Positions 1 to 15,655 of a DNA stretch of 64,000 bases are shown in pieces. The stretch is from the human T2T-CHM13v2.0 reference genome, Homo sapiens. The DNA is taken from assembly GCF_009914755.1 (NCBI RefSeq), contig NC_060938.1; one strand, written 5' to 3'. The first letter of the stretch is position 1. Every line of letters begins with the position of its first letter. Both the position numbers and the translations under genes were made by a program. The notes beneath the pieces were generated by a model that searched no databases, was not told the DNA's origin, and was given only the letters and a program-made list of their open reading frames with translations.

Positions 1-700
1 TCAGCCTCCCGAGTAGCTGTGATTACAGGTGCACGCCACCACACCCAGCTAATTTTTTTAAATTTTTTATTATATATATATATAGTTTTTTGAGACAGAG
101 TCTCACTTTGTCACCAAGGCTGGAGTGCAGTGACGAGATCTCAGCTCACTGCAACCTCCGTTTCCTGGGTTCAAACGATTCTTCTTAGCCTCCCGAGTAG
201 CTGGGATTACAGGTGCACACAACCACACCCAGCTAATTTTTTTATTTTTTATTTTATGTATGTATATATATATATATTTTTTTTTTGAGACAGAGTCTTG
301 CTCTGTCACCAAGGCTGGAGTGCAGTGACGAGATTTCAGCTCACTGTAACCTCCGTTTCCTGGGTTCAAACGATTCTCCTGCTTCAGCCTCCTGAGTAGC
401 TGGGATTACAGGCACACGCCAGCATGCCTGGCTAATTTGTGTATTTTTAGTAGAGGCAGGGTTTCACCATGTTAGTTAGGCTGGTCTCGAACTCCTGACT
501 GTGATCTGCCCGCCTCAGCCTCCCAAAGTGCTGGGATTACAGGTGTGAGCCACCGCGTCCGGCCTAATTTTTGCATTATTAGTAGAAATGGGGTTTCACC
601 ATGTTGGCCAGGCAGGTCTCAAACTCCTGACCTCAGATGATCCACTCTCCTCGGCCTCCCAAAGTGCTGGGATTACAGGCGTGAGCCACCGCACCCGGCA
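1..700 (-). repeat. Alu cluster including tandemly duplicated Alu right-arm units
   Basis: Alu motifs (tcagcctcccgagtagctg, gctggagtgcagtg, cctcccaaagtgctgggattacagg) in minus orientation, with a unit of about 198 bp repeated at 1-380. Confidence 0.9.
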
Positions 701-1132
701 AATAATCCTTTCTTTTCTTTTTTCTTTTTCTTTTTTTTAATTTAAAAAAACAATTATTAGGCACCTTCTCTTCAGTTTATGACAGAATACACCTTACCCC
801 TGTTTTTGTAAGCAGACGTACTCTATGCATCCCAATCTAGAAGACCCTCTCCCCCATGGCACTGTTTTCTAACTACATTCTACAGTTTCTTGAATGTTGC
901 TCAGGTATTTCCTTTATCTGCTTTCTCCCTCGGGTCTGGAACATGGAGGAACAACACAAAAAATTTATCTTAGATCCTATCTCCTTTCCATTATACTATC
1001 AAGATTACAGAAATAGTATTTTATATATGCCCTCCAAATTTCTTGAGTTTCACTCAACCTATTCCAGTTTGTACTTCACCATTCCTCTGATGGCTGGTGA
1101 CAGCCTGTGTGAGAAACTGGGCATGTAAGAGG

Positions 1133-1596
1133 TATAAAAAGAAAATCTTGGGGACCCCAAATCACTAAGCTAAAGGGAAAAGTCTAGGTGGGAACTGCTT
1201 ATGGCCAACCTGCCTCCCATTCTATTCAGAGTTACCCCGCTGCTCACTGACATGGATGCATATCTGATTGCCTCCCTTCAAAAGGCTAATCAGAAACTCA
1301 AAAGAATGCAACCTTCATCTCTCACCTATCTGTGACCTGGAAGCCCCCTCCCAGCTTGGAGTCTTTCTGCCTTTGCTTCAAGTTGTCCCACTTTTCCAGA
1401 CTGAACCAATGTACTTCTTACATATGTTGATTGATGTCTCATGTCTCCCTAAAATGTATAAAACTAAGCTGTGCCCCGACCACCTTGGGCACATGTGAGG
1501 ACTTCCTGAGGCTGTGTCATGGGCACATGTCCTCAACCTTGGCAAAATAAACTTTCTAAATTAACTGAGACCTGTCTAAAATTTTCAGGATTCACA
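1133..1596 (+). mobile_element. MER4-group (MER4A-like) ERV1 solo LTR
   Basis: Starts tataaaaagaaaatcttggggaccccaaatcactaagctaaagggaaaag (MER4A-like 5' end), has AATAAA near 1546, ends ggattcaca; 4-bp TSD GAGG at 1129-1132 and 1597-1600. Confidence 0.75.
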
Positions 1597-2006
1597 GAGG
1601 CTATTCCTTAGTTTGTCTTTTAGCACCATGTACATTTCCTGTCTTCTTGGGACTCTTACTTGGTGTCTAGGATATCACTTTTTACTTGTTCCTGTAGTCT
1701 GTTTTTCCCAGTGTCTTGCTGGCTTTCCCCTGGGTGTTCATATTTATAAAAAGATGAAGGTAAACAGGGCAACATAGCAGGACCTTGTGTCTACAAAAAA
1801 AACAAAAACAAAAACAAAAAAAGCCGGGCAAGGTGGCATGTGCCTGTAGTCCTAGCTACTTGGAAGGCTGAGGCGGGAGGATCGCTGGAGGCAAGGAACT
1901 CAAAGCTGCTGCAGTGAGCTTTGATTGTACCACCACCCTCCAGACTGGGCAACAGAGTGAGATCTTGTCTCTAAAAAGAGTAACAAAAATTTTTTAAAAA
2001 TGTAAG

Positions 2007-2378
2007 TTTCATGCACGTCCGTGTAAGGAGAGTCCACCAGCAGGCTTTTTGTGAGCAACAAGGCTGTTTATTTCACTTGGGTGCAAGTGGGCTGAGTCGG
2101 GAAAGAGTCAGCAAAGGGAGATAGGGGTGGGGCAGTTTTATAGGATTTGGGTAGGTAGTGGAAAATTATAGTTAAAGGGGATTGTTCTCTTGCAGGCAGG
2201 GGCAGGGGTCACAAGGTTCTTGGTGGGGAGCCCCAGAGACTTATCCAGGAGAAGGAATGTCACAAGGTAATGTCATCAGTGAAGGCAGGAACCTGCCATT
2301 TTTACTTCTTTTGTGGTTCTTCTGTTGCCTGAGGCCATCTGGATATATACATGCAGCCTTGGGCTCAGAGGCCTGACA
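2007..2378 (-). mobile_element. HERV-H 3' LTR (LTR7 family)
   Basis: Minus strand begins TGTCAGGCCTCTGAGCCCAAG after a polypurine tract, has AATAAA at 2067-2072 and ends GCATGAAA. Confidence 0.93.
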
Positions 2379-5300
2379 TTCCTGTCTTCTCATATTAATA
2401 AGAAAATCAAAACAAAATAGTGGTGAAGTGTTGGGGCGGCAAAAATTTTTGGGGATGGTATGGAGAGATAATGGGCGATGTTTCTCAGGGCTGCTTCGAG
2501 AGAGATTAGGGGTGGCATGGGAACCTAGAGTGGGAGAGATTAAACTGAAGGAAGATTTTGGGGTAAGGGGTGATATTGTGGGGTTGTTAGAAGGAGCATT
2601 TGTCATATAGAATGATTGGTGATGGCCTGGATGCGGTTTTGTATGAATTGAGAAACTAAACGGAAGACACAAGGTCCAAATAAGAGGAGAAAAAAGGTAT
2701 TAAAGGAGTAAGAATTGAGAGGACCTAGGACATCCAGTTGGAGAATGTCCAAGCGGGTTCAGTGTAATTATTTGCTTGGTTGGCGAGTTTTTGGGCTCTA
2801 TCCTTGAGTTTTTTTTATGTTGTCACATACCAGGCCAGATTGATTTAGGTAAAAACAACGTTCTTCATTTAGAAATATGCAGTCTTCCTTTTTCAGCAGT
2901 GAGTAAGTTGAGGCCTATTCCTGCCTTTTTATATTAATAATAAGAAAAACAAAACTAGTAGTGAAGTGTTCGTGTCATGAGGAGAACAGGAAGCTGTTTG
3001 GTCCCATTCGCAAATTGAATTTTGGGAGTAAGGAAAACTAGTGTGCATGTGCCTGTCCATTTAGCAGGTAAACACATGTAGGTAGAGGAGCCACAGAGCG
3101 ATAAGAGACCTTGTGCAAGGCAAAACTGGAAATGCAAAGTGAAAAGATGAGAAAGAGTACTAAAAGTGGTGTCTTGTACCCAGACTCCTAGGGATCCAGC
3201 TACGGCGGCAGCTGTCAGAGGTTGTAATGGGGATTGATGGTGTAACTGCGTAGAGGGGGAGGTTCGATTTTCATGGTGTATGAGAAAGCACCGAGTGTCT
3301 ATGAGCAACCTTTCACTGTTATTTATGGGGCTGGGCATAAGATGTGGTTCAGGACTTGTGTTGGGTGCTAAGTGAGAAGCTGGGTTGAAATCAGGCCCAT
3401 GGGCAATAGTTACTGTTGGAGTTTCAATAAAGAGTGAATAGAGCTGGAGGAGTTGAGGGGCAGACAGTAAGTGTGAAAGGTGTGAGCAGGATATTAATGC
3501 TTGAAGGTTGTGAGAACTGTTGAGGGTAAGTGGAGCATAGCTTGTGCTTTTGAGGGCTTCCAGAGGTATTAAAGCGGCAGCTGCTGCCGCATGCAAACAT
3601 GAGGGCACCCCAGAATTGTGAGGTCAAGTTGTTTGGACAAAAAAGGCTACAGGGCGCAGTCCTGGTTCTTGTGTAAGAATTCCGACCACACAGTTCAGTA
3701 CTTCAGCTGTGTGTAATGAAAAGGGTTGGGATGAGTTAGGGAGAGCTAGTGTGGGGAGCAGCTTCTAGGGCTGTTTTTAAAGAATGGAAAGAGGAGTGGG
3801 GAAAGGATTTAGGATCTATGGGGTCAGCTAGGTTTCCTTTTGTGAGTTTATATAATGGTTTAGTCAGGATAGGAAAACCAGGTATCCAAAGGCGAAAGTA
3901 TCTAACCATGCCTAGGAAGGAAAGGAGTTGTTGCTTTGTAGAAGGGATTGGGGTTAGGGAGATTAGCTGGACACGATTAGCAGGGAGAGCACGTGTGTTT
4001 TTATGAAGAATTAAGCCGAGATAGGTAATGGATGAAGAAGAAATTTGGGCTTTGGAGGGGGATACACGATATTCCTTTGAGAACAGATGTTGGAGGAGCA
4101 GGAGGATGTCCTGTTGGGAAGATTTGTAGGAGGGGCTCTAAAGTAGAAGGTCGTCAGAATATTGAATAAGGTGAGAAGCAGATGGACAGAAAGAAAGTAA
4201 ATCATGAGAAAGGGCTTGACTGAAGTAATGGGGGCTGTCCTTGAAGCCTTGTGGCAGTGCAGCCCAGATAAGTTGCTGAGGCTAATGGGTGTCAGGGTCA
4301 GTCCAATTGAAAGCGAAGAGAGGCCGGGATGAAGGGTGCAAAGGAATAGTAAAGGAAGCATGTTTGAGATCCAGAACAGAATAATGGGTTGTGGAGGGAG
4401 GTATTGAGCATAGGAGAGTATATGGGCTTGGCACCATTGGGTGGATAGGCAAGACAATTTGGTTGATAAGGCGAAGATCTTGGAACAGCCTGTAAGACTT
4501 GTCTGGTTTTTGGACAGGTAGGATAGGAGAGTTGTAAGGAGAGTTTATAGACTTTAAGAGGCCATGTTGTAACAGGCAGGTGATAACAGGCTTTAACTTT
4601 TTTAAAGCCTGCTGTGGGATGGGATATTGGCGTTGAGCAGGGTAAGGGTGATTAGGTTTTAATGGGATGGAAAGGGGTGCATGATTGGTCACTGAGGAGG
4701 AAGCAGAGGTATCCCATACTTGTGGATTAAGGTAGGGAGACACAAGGGGAGGATGCGAAGGAGGCTTTGAACTGGGGAAAAGGGTGGCAATGAGGTGTGG
4801 CTGTAGCCCAGGAATAGTCAGGGAAGCAGATAATTTATTAAAATGTCTCAACCTAATAAGGGAGCTGGGCAGGTGGGGATAACTAAAAAGGAGTGCATAA
4901 AAGAATGTTGTCCAAGTTGGCACCAGAGTGGGGGAGTTTTAAGGGGTCTAGCAGCCTGGCTGTCAATACCCACAACAGTTATGGAGGCAAGGGAAACAGG
5001 CCCTTGAAAAAAAGGTAATGTGGAGTGGGTAGCCTCCGTATTGATGAAGAAGGGGATGGACTTACCCTCCACTGTAAGAGTTACCTAAAGCATCTGTGAT
5101 GGTCCAGGAGGCTTCTGAGGCGATCGGGCAGCGTCAGTCTTCAGCCACTAAGCTGAGTGGGTCTGGGAAGGAGTCGGCCAAGGAACATTGGGTTTGAGCT
5201 CCAGGACCTTTAGGAGCAGTGGCGATGTGAGTCGGACAGTCTGACCTCCAGTGGGGGCCCGCACAGACAGGGCATGGCTTAGGAGGAATCTCGAGCTGTG

Positions 5301-5627
5301 GGCATTCCAAGGCCCAGTGGCCAGGCTTTTGGCATTTGAAGCAAGGTCCACGAGGAGGTTTTGAAGGAGCCCCTGGGAGCTGTGGCTTGGATGTTATGAA
5401 GTTTTTGTATGCTGGAGACGTGGTTGTGGGTTGTCTTACAGCAGAGGCAAGTAGCTGTAACTCAGAGATGCGTTGTCACTTGGCTGCCTCTTCTCTATTA
5501 TTGTACACCTTGAAGGCGAGGTTAATTAAGTCCTGTTGTGAGGTTGAGGGCTGGAATCCAATTTTTTGGAGTTTTTTTTTTAATGTTGGGAGCAGATAAA
5601 ATGCATATTGAGAATAAGATGGCCTTA

Positions 5628-6066
<439 letters not shown>

Positions 6067-7217
6067 TCAGACAAAGAAAAAGGAGCATTAACCTTGACTG
6101 TGCCTTCAGCTCCAGCCACCTCTTTAGGAGGAAATTGTTGGGCAGGTGGGGGAGGGCTAGTCACGAAACAAAACTGTAAGCCAGACCAGGTATGAGGAGG
6201 GGAGGTGATAGAAGGATTATAGGGTGGGGGAGTGGAGGCCGAGGAAGAATTGGGACCTGGCTCGGCCTGGTGAGGAGCAGCCTGGGGAGAAGGGGAGAGG
6301 TCAGATGGGTCCGTAGAAAAGGAGGATTTAAAGGACTCAGAGCTTGGGGTGGAGACTGAAGGAACACACAGGAGAGAAAGAAGAAAGATTTGGAACGAGT
6401 TGCATTGGGAGCAGAGACTAGGGAGGGACCAATGTGTGAAAGAATGCCTGGATGTCAGGCACCTCAGACCATTTGCCCATTTTTCGACAAAAATTATCTA
6501 GATCTTGTAGGATGGAGAAATCAAAAGTGCCGTTTTCTGGCTATTTGGGACCATTGTCGAATTTGTACTGGGGCCAAGCAGGGTTGTAGAAGAAAATAAG
6601 GTGTTTTGGTCTTAGGTCAAGTGTAAGTTGAAGAGGTTTTAAGTTCTTGAGAACACAGGCTAAGGGAGAAAGGGGAATGGAGGGTGGAAGTTTGCCCATA
6701 GTGAAGGAGGCAAGCCCAGAGAAAAGAGAGGGTAGAGACTTGGAGTGGGTGGTGGTACTTGCCACCCAGGGGAGGAGGTACTTGCCACCAAGGGGAGGTG
6801 GTACTTGCCACCAAGGTGAAGGATCAAGGCAGGCATCCCCGTGGTGATCAGACACCTCTGAAATGTGAGTGAATAATCAAGCAGGCGTTCCTGCAGTGAT
6901 TGGACACCAAGGGAAAACTGTCTTCCCGAGTCTGTGACCAATGCCAGAGTTTTGGGTGCACAGATAAAATGTGTCTCCTTTGTCTCTACTAGAGAGGAAA
7001 AAACTGGAATTGGAAGGACAGGGAGATTAAAGGGTAGTGAGAAGGCTGGAGAAGAGAGTGAAAAGGCCGCTTACCCAATTTTAAATTGGTGAGATGTTCC
7101 TTGGGCTGATTGATGGGAGGACGCGAGGTCATAGGTGGATCTCCTCATGCAGTGAGGGTGAGGACAGGGGACCAGTTTCCCGAAGGAGTCCTCCTGTCCT
7201 GGGTCTTCAGCACCAAA

Positions 7218-7592
7218 TGACACACACGTCCGTGTGAAGAGAGTCCACCAACAGGCTTTGTGTGAGCAACAAGGCTGTTTATTTCACTTGGGTGCAAGTG
7301 GGTTGAGTCCGAAAAGAGAGTCAGCAAAGGGAAATGGGGGTGGGGCAGTTTTATAGGATTTGGGTAGGTAGTGGAAAATTACAGTTAAAGGGGGTTGTGC
7401 TCTTGTGGGCAGGGGCGGGGGTCACAAGGTGTTTGGTGGGGAGCTCCAGAGACATTATCCAGGAGAAGGAATGTCACAAGGTAATGTCATCAGTTAAGGC
7501 AGGAACTGGCCATTTTCACTTCTTTTGTGGTCCTTCAGTTGCCTCAGGCCATCCGGATGTATACGTGAAGGCTTGGGCTCAGAGGCCTAACA
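7218..7592 (-). mobile_element. HERV-H 5' LTR (LTR7 family), head-to-head with the PSEN1 promoter
   Basis: Minus strand TGTTAGGCCTCTGAGCCCAAG ... CCTATAAAA (TATA) ... GTGTCA, followed by TT and the PBS TGGTGCTGAAGACCC. Confidence 0.93.
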
Positions 7593-8016
7593 GTAGGACA
7601 TAAAGAAAATGAGAAGAAAATTATCTGAAGGCTGGTTATTCAATGTTAGGGTTTGCTATTTTTTTAAAATCTTACTGCCTTTTTGTTGCAGGACTTTTTT
7701 TTTTTTTTTTGGGAAAAACAGAGTCTCACTGTGTCTCCCAGGCTGGAGTGCAGTGGTGCAAACTCGGCTCACTGCAAACTTTCCTTCTCAGATTCAAGCC
7801 TCAGCCACCTGAGTAGCTGAGATTACAGGCCCACACCACCATGCCGGGCTAATTTTTGTATTTTTAATAGAGACGGGGTTTCACCATGTTGTCCAGGCTG
7901 GTCTTGTACTCCCAACCTCAAGTGATCCTCCTGCCTTGGCCTCCCAAAGTGCTGGGATTACAGGCATGAGCCACCGTGACCAGGCGTTCATGAAAAATTT
8001 TCATGACATTCTGTGA

Positions 8017-8410
<394 letters not shown>

Positions 8411-9799
8411 TAATATTCCATGAATATCTTTGCCCAAAATTTTTGTAGATTGTTTCTAAGAATAGTTCATCAGCATTTTAAGACATCCTATTAATATTAG
8501 CGGACTGCAATCAGATTGAAGTAGTTCACAAATAGATGGGTTTTAGCCTGTATTTGTTCAATACTGAACTATTGTATGTATCAGGCACTGTTATGTATCA
8601 GGCACTGTTCTCAGCACTTGTAAAATGTATATGTGCTGCTGACAAGCATGAGCACTTGTAAATGAACAAACTAAAATCCCTACTCTTGTTAAAGTGGGGG
8701 AGGTGAAGAATTTTAAAAACATCTTTTTTCGTTCAACCTTCTCCCACAACTTATCTTTCATTCTGCTAATGGAAAATATTACTTTTGTTCTTAAATATGA
8801 AGCTTTTGTGTGTAAAAAGTATTAGAATCTCATGTTTTTGAACAAGGTTGGCAGTGGGTTGGGAGGAGGGATTGGAGATTGATGCGATAGGAATGTGAAG
8901 GGATAGCTTGGGGTGGATTTTATTTTTTAATTTTAATTTTTATTTTTTGAGATGGAGTCTTGCTCTGTCTCCCAGGCTGGAGTGCAGTGGTGTGATCTCA
9001 GCTCACGGGTTCAAGCGATTCTCCTGCTGCAGCCTCCCGAGTAGCTGGGATTACAGGAGCGCGCCACCACACCCGGCTAATTTTTTTGTATTTTTAGTAG
9101 AGACGGGGTTTCACCATGTTGGTTAGGCTGGTCTAGAACTCCCAACCTCATGATCCGCCTGCTTCGGCCTCCCAAAGTGCCGGAATTACAGGCGTGAGCG
9201 ACTGCACCCGGCCGCTTGGGGGTGGATTTTTAAAGAAACTTTAGAAGAATGTAACTTGCCCAGATACCATGTACCGTTAATTTCATTTTCGGTTTTTTGA
9301 ATACCCATGTTTGACATTTCTCCGTTCACCTTGATTAAATAAGGTAGTATTCATTTTTTAGTTTTAGCTTTTGGATATATGTGTAAGTGTGGTATGCTGT
9401 CTAATGAATTAGACATTGGTACTGTCTTTACCAAAACTGGACAAAGAGCAGGCAGATGCAAAAATCAAGTGACCCAGCAAACCAGACACATTTTCTGCTC
9501 TCAGCTAGCTTGCCACCTAGAAAGACTGGTTGTCAAAGTTGGAGTCCAAGAATCGCGGAGGATGTTTAAAATGCAGTTTCTCAGGTTCTCGCCACCCACC
9601 AGAAGTTTTGATTCATTGAGTGGTGGGAGAGGGCAGAGATATTTGCGATTTTAACAGCATTCTCTTGATTGTGATGCAGCTGGTTCGCAAATAGGTACCC
9701 TAAAGAAATGACAGGTGTTAAATTTAGGATGGCCATCGCTTGTATGCCGGGAGAAGCACACGCTGGGCCCAATTTATATAGGGGCTTTCGTCCTCAGCT

Positions 9800-10630
9800 C
9801 GAGCAGCCTCAGAACCCCGACAACCCACGCCAGCGCTCTGGGCGGATTCCGTCAGGTGGGGAAGGCCAGGTGGAGCTCTGGGTTCTCCCCGCAATCGTTT
9901 CTCCAGGCCGGAGGCCCCGCCCCCTTCCTCCTGGCTCCTCCCCTCCTCCGTGGGCCGGCCGCCAACGACGCCAGAGCCGGAAATGACGACAACGGTGAGG
10001 GTTCTCGGGCGGGGCCTGGGACAGGCAGCTCCGGGGTCCGCGGTTTCACATCGGAAACAAAACAGCGGCTGGTCTGGAAGGAACCTGAGCTACGAGCCGC
10101 GGCGGCAGCGGGGCGGCGGGGAAGCGTATGTGCGTGATGGGGAGTCCGGGCAAGCCAGGAAGGCACCGCGGACATGGGCGGCCGCGGGCAGGGCCCGGCC
10201 CTTTGTGGCCGCCCGGGCCGCGAAGCCGGTGTCCTAAAAGATGAGGGGCGGGGCGCGGCCGGTTGGGGCTGGGGAACCCCGTGTGGGAAACCAGGAGGGG
10301 CGGCCCGTTTCTCGGGCTTCGGGCGCGGCCGGGTGGAGAGAGATTCCGGGGAGCCTTGGTCCGGAAATGCTGTTTGCTCGAAGACGTCTCAGGGCGCAGG
10401 TGCCTTGGGCCGGGATTAGTAGCCGTCTGAACTGGAGTGGAGTAGGAGAAAGAGGAAGCGTCTTGGGCTGGGTCTGCTTGAGCAACTGGTGAAACTCCGC
10501 GCCTCACGCCCCGGGTGTGTCCTTGTCCAGGGGCGACGAGCATTCTGGGCGAAGTCCGCACGCCTCTTGTTCGAGGCGGAAGACGGGGTCTGATGCTTTC
10601 TCCTTGGTCGGGACTGTCTCGAGGCATGCA
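9800..10630 (+). promoter_or_regulatory. PSEN1: PSEN1 CpG-island promoter with GC boxes and ETS sites
   Basis: High GC and CpG density; GC boxes near 9913, 10007 and 10245; ETS cores CCGGAAATG at 9977-9985 and 10361-10369, and CGGAAA at 10052. Confidence 0.9.
10053..10129 (+). other. PSEN1: PSEN1 exon 1A (5' UTR); the TSS is heterogeneous and may extend to about 9981
   Basis: Matches the recalled PSEN1 mRNA 5' end GGAAACAAAACAGCGGCTGG...GAAGCGTAT; donor gtgcgt at 10130. With exon 2 and the exon 3 leader this gives a 212-nt 5' UTR. Confidence 0.9.
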
Positions 10631-10769
10631 TGTCCAGTGACTCTTGTGTTTGCTGCTGCTTCCCTCTCAGATTCTTCTCACCGTTGTGGTCAGCTCTGCT
10701 TTAGGCATATTAATCCATAGTGGAGGCTGGGATGGGTGAGAGAATTGAGGTGACTTTTCCATAATTCAG
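10380..10769 (+). other. PSEN1: PSEN1 alternative first exon 1B (start approximate)
   Basis: Lies downstream of a second CCGGAAATG; strong donor CAG|gtgaga at 10769/10770; agrees with my recollection of the described exon 1B. Confidence 0.65.
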
Positions 10770-11348
10770 GTGAGATGTGATTAGAGTTCGATCTGCGGTG
10801 GTGGCAGAGGCTTACAAGAAACACTAACGGGACATGGGAACCAATTGAGGATCAGGGAATAAAGTGTGAAGTTGACTAGGAGGTTTTCAGTTTAGAACAT
10901 GGCAGAGACATTCTCAGAAATAAGGAAGTTAGGAAGAAAGACCTGGTTTAGAGAGGAGGGCGAGGAAGTGGTTTGGAAGTGTCACTTTGGAAGTGCCAGC
11001 AGGTGAAAATGCCCTGTGAACAGGACTGGAGCTGAAAACAGGAATCAATTCCATAGATTTCCAGTTGATGTTGGAGCAGTGGAGAAGTCTAAGCTAAGGA
11101 AGGGGAAGAGGAGGCCAAGGCAAACACTTAGGAACACTTGCAACGAGGGGGTGGAAGAAGAGCAAGGAGCCAGCTGAGGAGAATGAGTGTGGTTGGAGAA
11201 CCACCACAGCGCAGGGTCGCCAGAGCTGAGGAAGGGGAGGGAAGCTTCAGGAAGGAAAAGGTTGGCAGGGATTTTGAGTGTTAGGCCTGGTGTAGCAGAA
11301 GGAACAGAAGATTTAGAGCAGCGCTAGCCAATAGAAATAAAATGTGAG

Positions 11349-13140
<1,792 letters not shown>

Positions 13141-13686
13141 GGGCAAAAAGAAACAGATGAAACCAATGTGAATAATTTATTTTAACACAATATACCTAAC
13201 ATATTTTTATTTCAATATCTAACCAGTATAAAAATTTACTTGTTTTGCCCTCTAGAGATAGTAAGCTCCTTAAGTAAACAGAAGTAATACCTGATTAATT
13301 AGAATTCCCAACCCTCATCAAGTGTGTGCTTATATAGAAGAAACCCAGTAAATGTTTGTTGATTGAAAGATATTAATACTCTTGCTTGGATGAGAGTGAG
13401 GAAAAAGGTATTAGTATTGGCTTTTCACAACGCCTTGTACGGTTTCTTGTTTAAGTTGATCAAAGCAAAAGAAAGACTGCAGGCAATGCTAAATATAACA
13501 AGTGATTTACAAATTAATTAGACGTAAATAATCATTTTTCATTAAAAATTAGTTGTATTCTGTCCATTTCCTCAGAATTTTAGACAATGATTTTGAATAA
13601 TCATATCTCCCTTATAGAGTTATTGAAATTAAATAACTTATTGGGAAAGATTCTTTATAATTATACAAAGGTATATAGGACCATAG

Positions 13687-13986
<300 letters not shown>

Positions 13987-15052
13987 TGATCCACCCGCCT
14001 CAGCCTCCCAAAGTGCTGGGATTACAGGTGCGAGCCACTGCACCTGGCCAAGGTTTTTTATAACTAATTTAACAGCAAAATCTGGCCTAGTTATCGTCTT
14101 TATTTTCTTTTTTTAATGTGATTTAAAACTATTCATTTGTTTCACTATAGCTTAATAATTTGTTTGCTTTTCTGCTTCTAAGACCCTGTAGGGGCATTAT
14201 ATAACTTCTGGCATTTGCATAGTACCTTTACAAAATCCAAAAAAATCTGAATTCTAAACACATTTAGTCCTAAAAGTTACAGATAAGGGATTCTGGACTT
14301 GCGATTCTAAGTCTTTGTTCGTTTTTATTGCATTTTCTGAGCCAACATAACCATTATTTAAAAACAAGTTGCTATAGTAACTCTACATTACAGACCTCCC
14401 CCAAACTCAGCAGTTCAGAGCATGTATTCTCACTCAGGGCTCTGCTTCCTTGTAGGTAGATGTGTGGATCGGTGAGGGCAGTTCTTATTTGTATGCCTTA
14501 TTCTGGGGCCCAGGCTGAAGGGGCAGTGGCTATCCATGATAAGCTTTTCTCAAGGCACCAGCAGAAGTACAAGAAGTCAAGGCCAACTGCATAAGCATAG
14601 TTCAAATGTCTGGTTATGCCACATCTGCTAAGATTGCATTGACCAAAGCAAGTCACATGATCATGCCCAAAGACTTAGGAGTGGGTAGTAGACTGCAACC
14701 ACCATGCAGCCAAGCAAACTACAGAGCCAAGCCTATAACATCACTGGAGAGAGGTGTATTCCTCCCTTGGCCAGGCTGGGGGAGGGAGTGAATATTGGCT
14801 GAATAATAATCTAATCTACCACAGATGGTTAACAGAGGTGGAGTGGGATGGAAGGAGAAAAAAAAAAAATCACCAAATGGGATGTATCACTACCCTTGCT
14901 CTTTTTAGCGTCTGCTGCTTTCACAAAGCCTTTTATAGGGCTGGAGAAATGATTTGCTCCTAGTCTCTTAAAAACCAGAGGAGTCTTTTGAGGATGTATT
15001 CCTAAAGTTTTTAAATTAGTTTAAAAATTTTTTTTATTAATTTCAATTATAG

Positions 15053-15655
<603 letters not shown>

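Noticed and set aside
2955-5351. Long minus-strand ORFs (217, 213 and 148 aa)
   Set aside because: Frameshifted, deleted HERV-H env/pol/pro remnants; the RT motif is altered to YSDD, so no intact protein is expected.
8575-8608. 17-bp tandem duplication (tatgtatcaggcactgt) x2
   Set aside because: A small slippage duplication inside an old repeat remnant, with no functional hint.
9708-10720. Multiple overlapping ORFs up to 193 aa around the promoter
   Set aside because: Expected from stop-codon depletion in a GC-rich CpG island; low-complexity translations with no recognisable domain.
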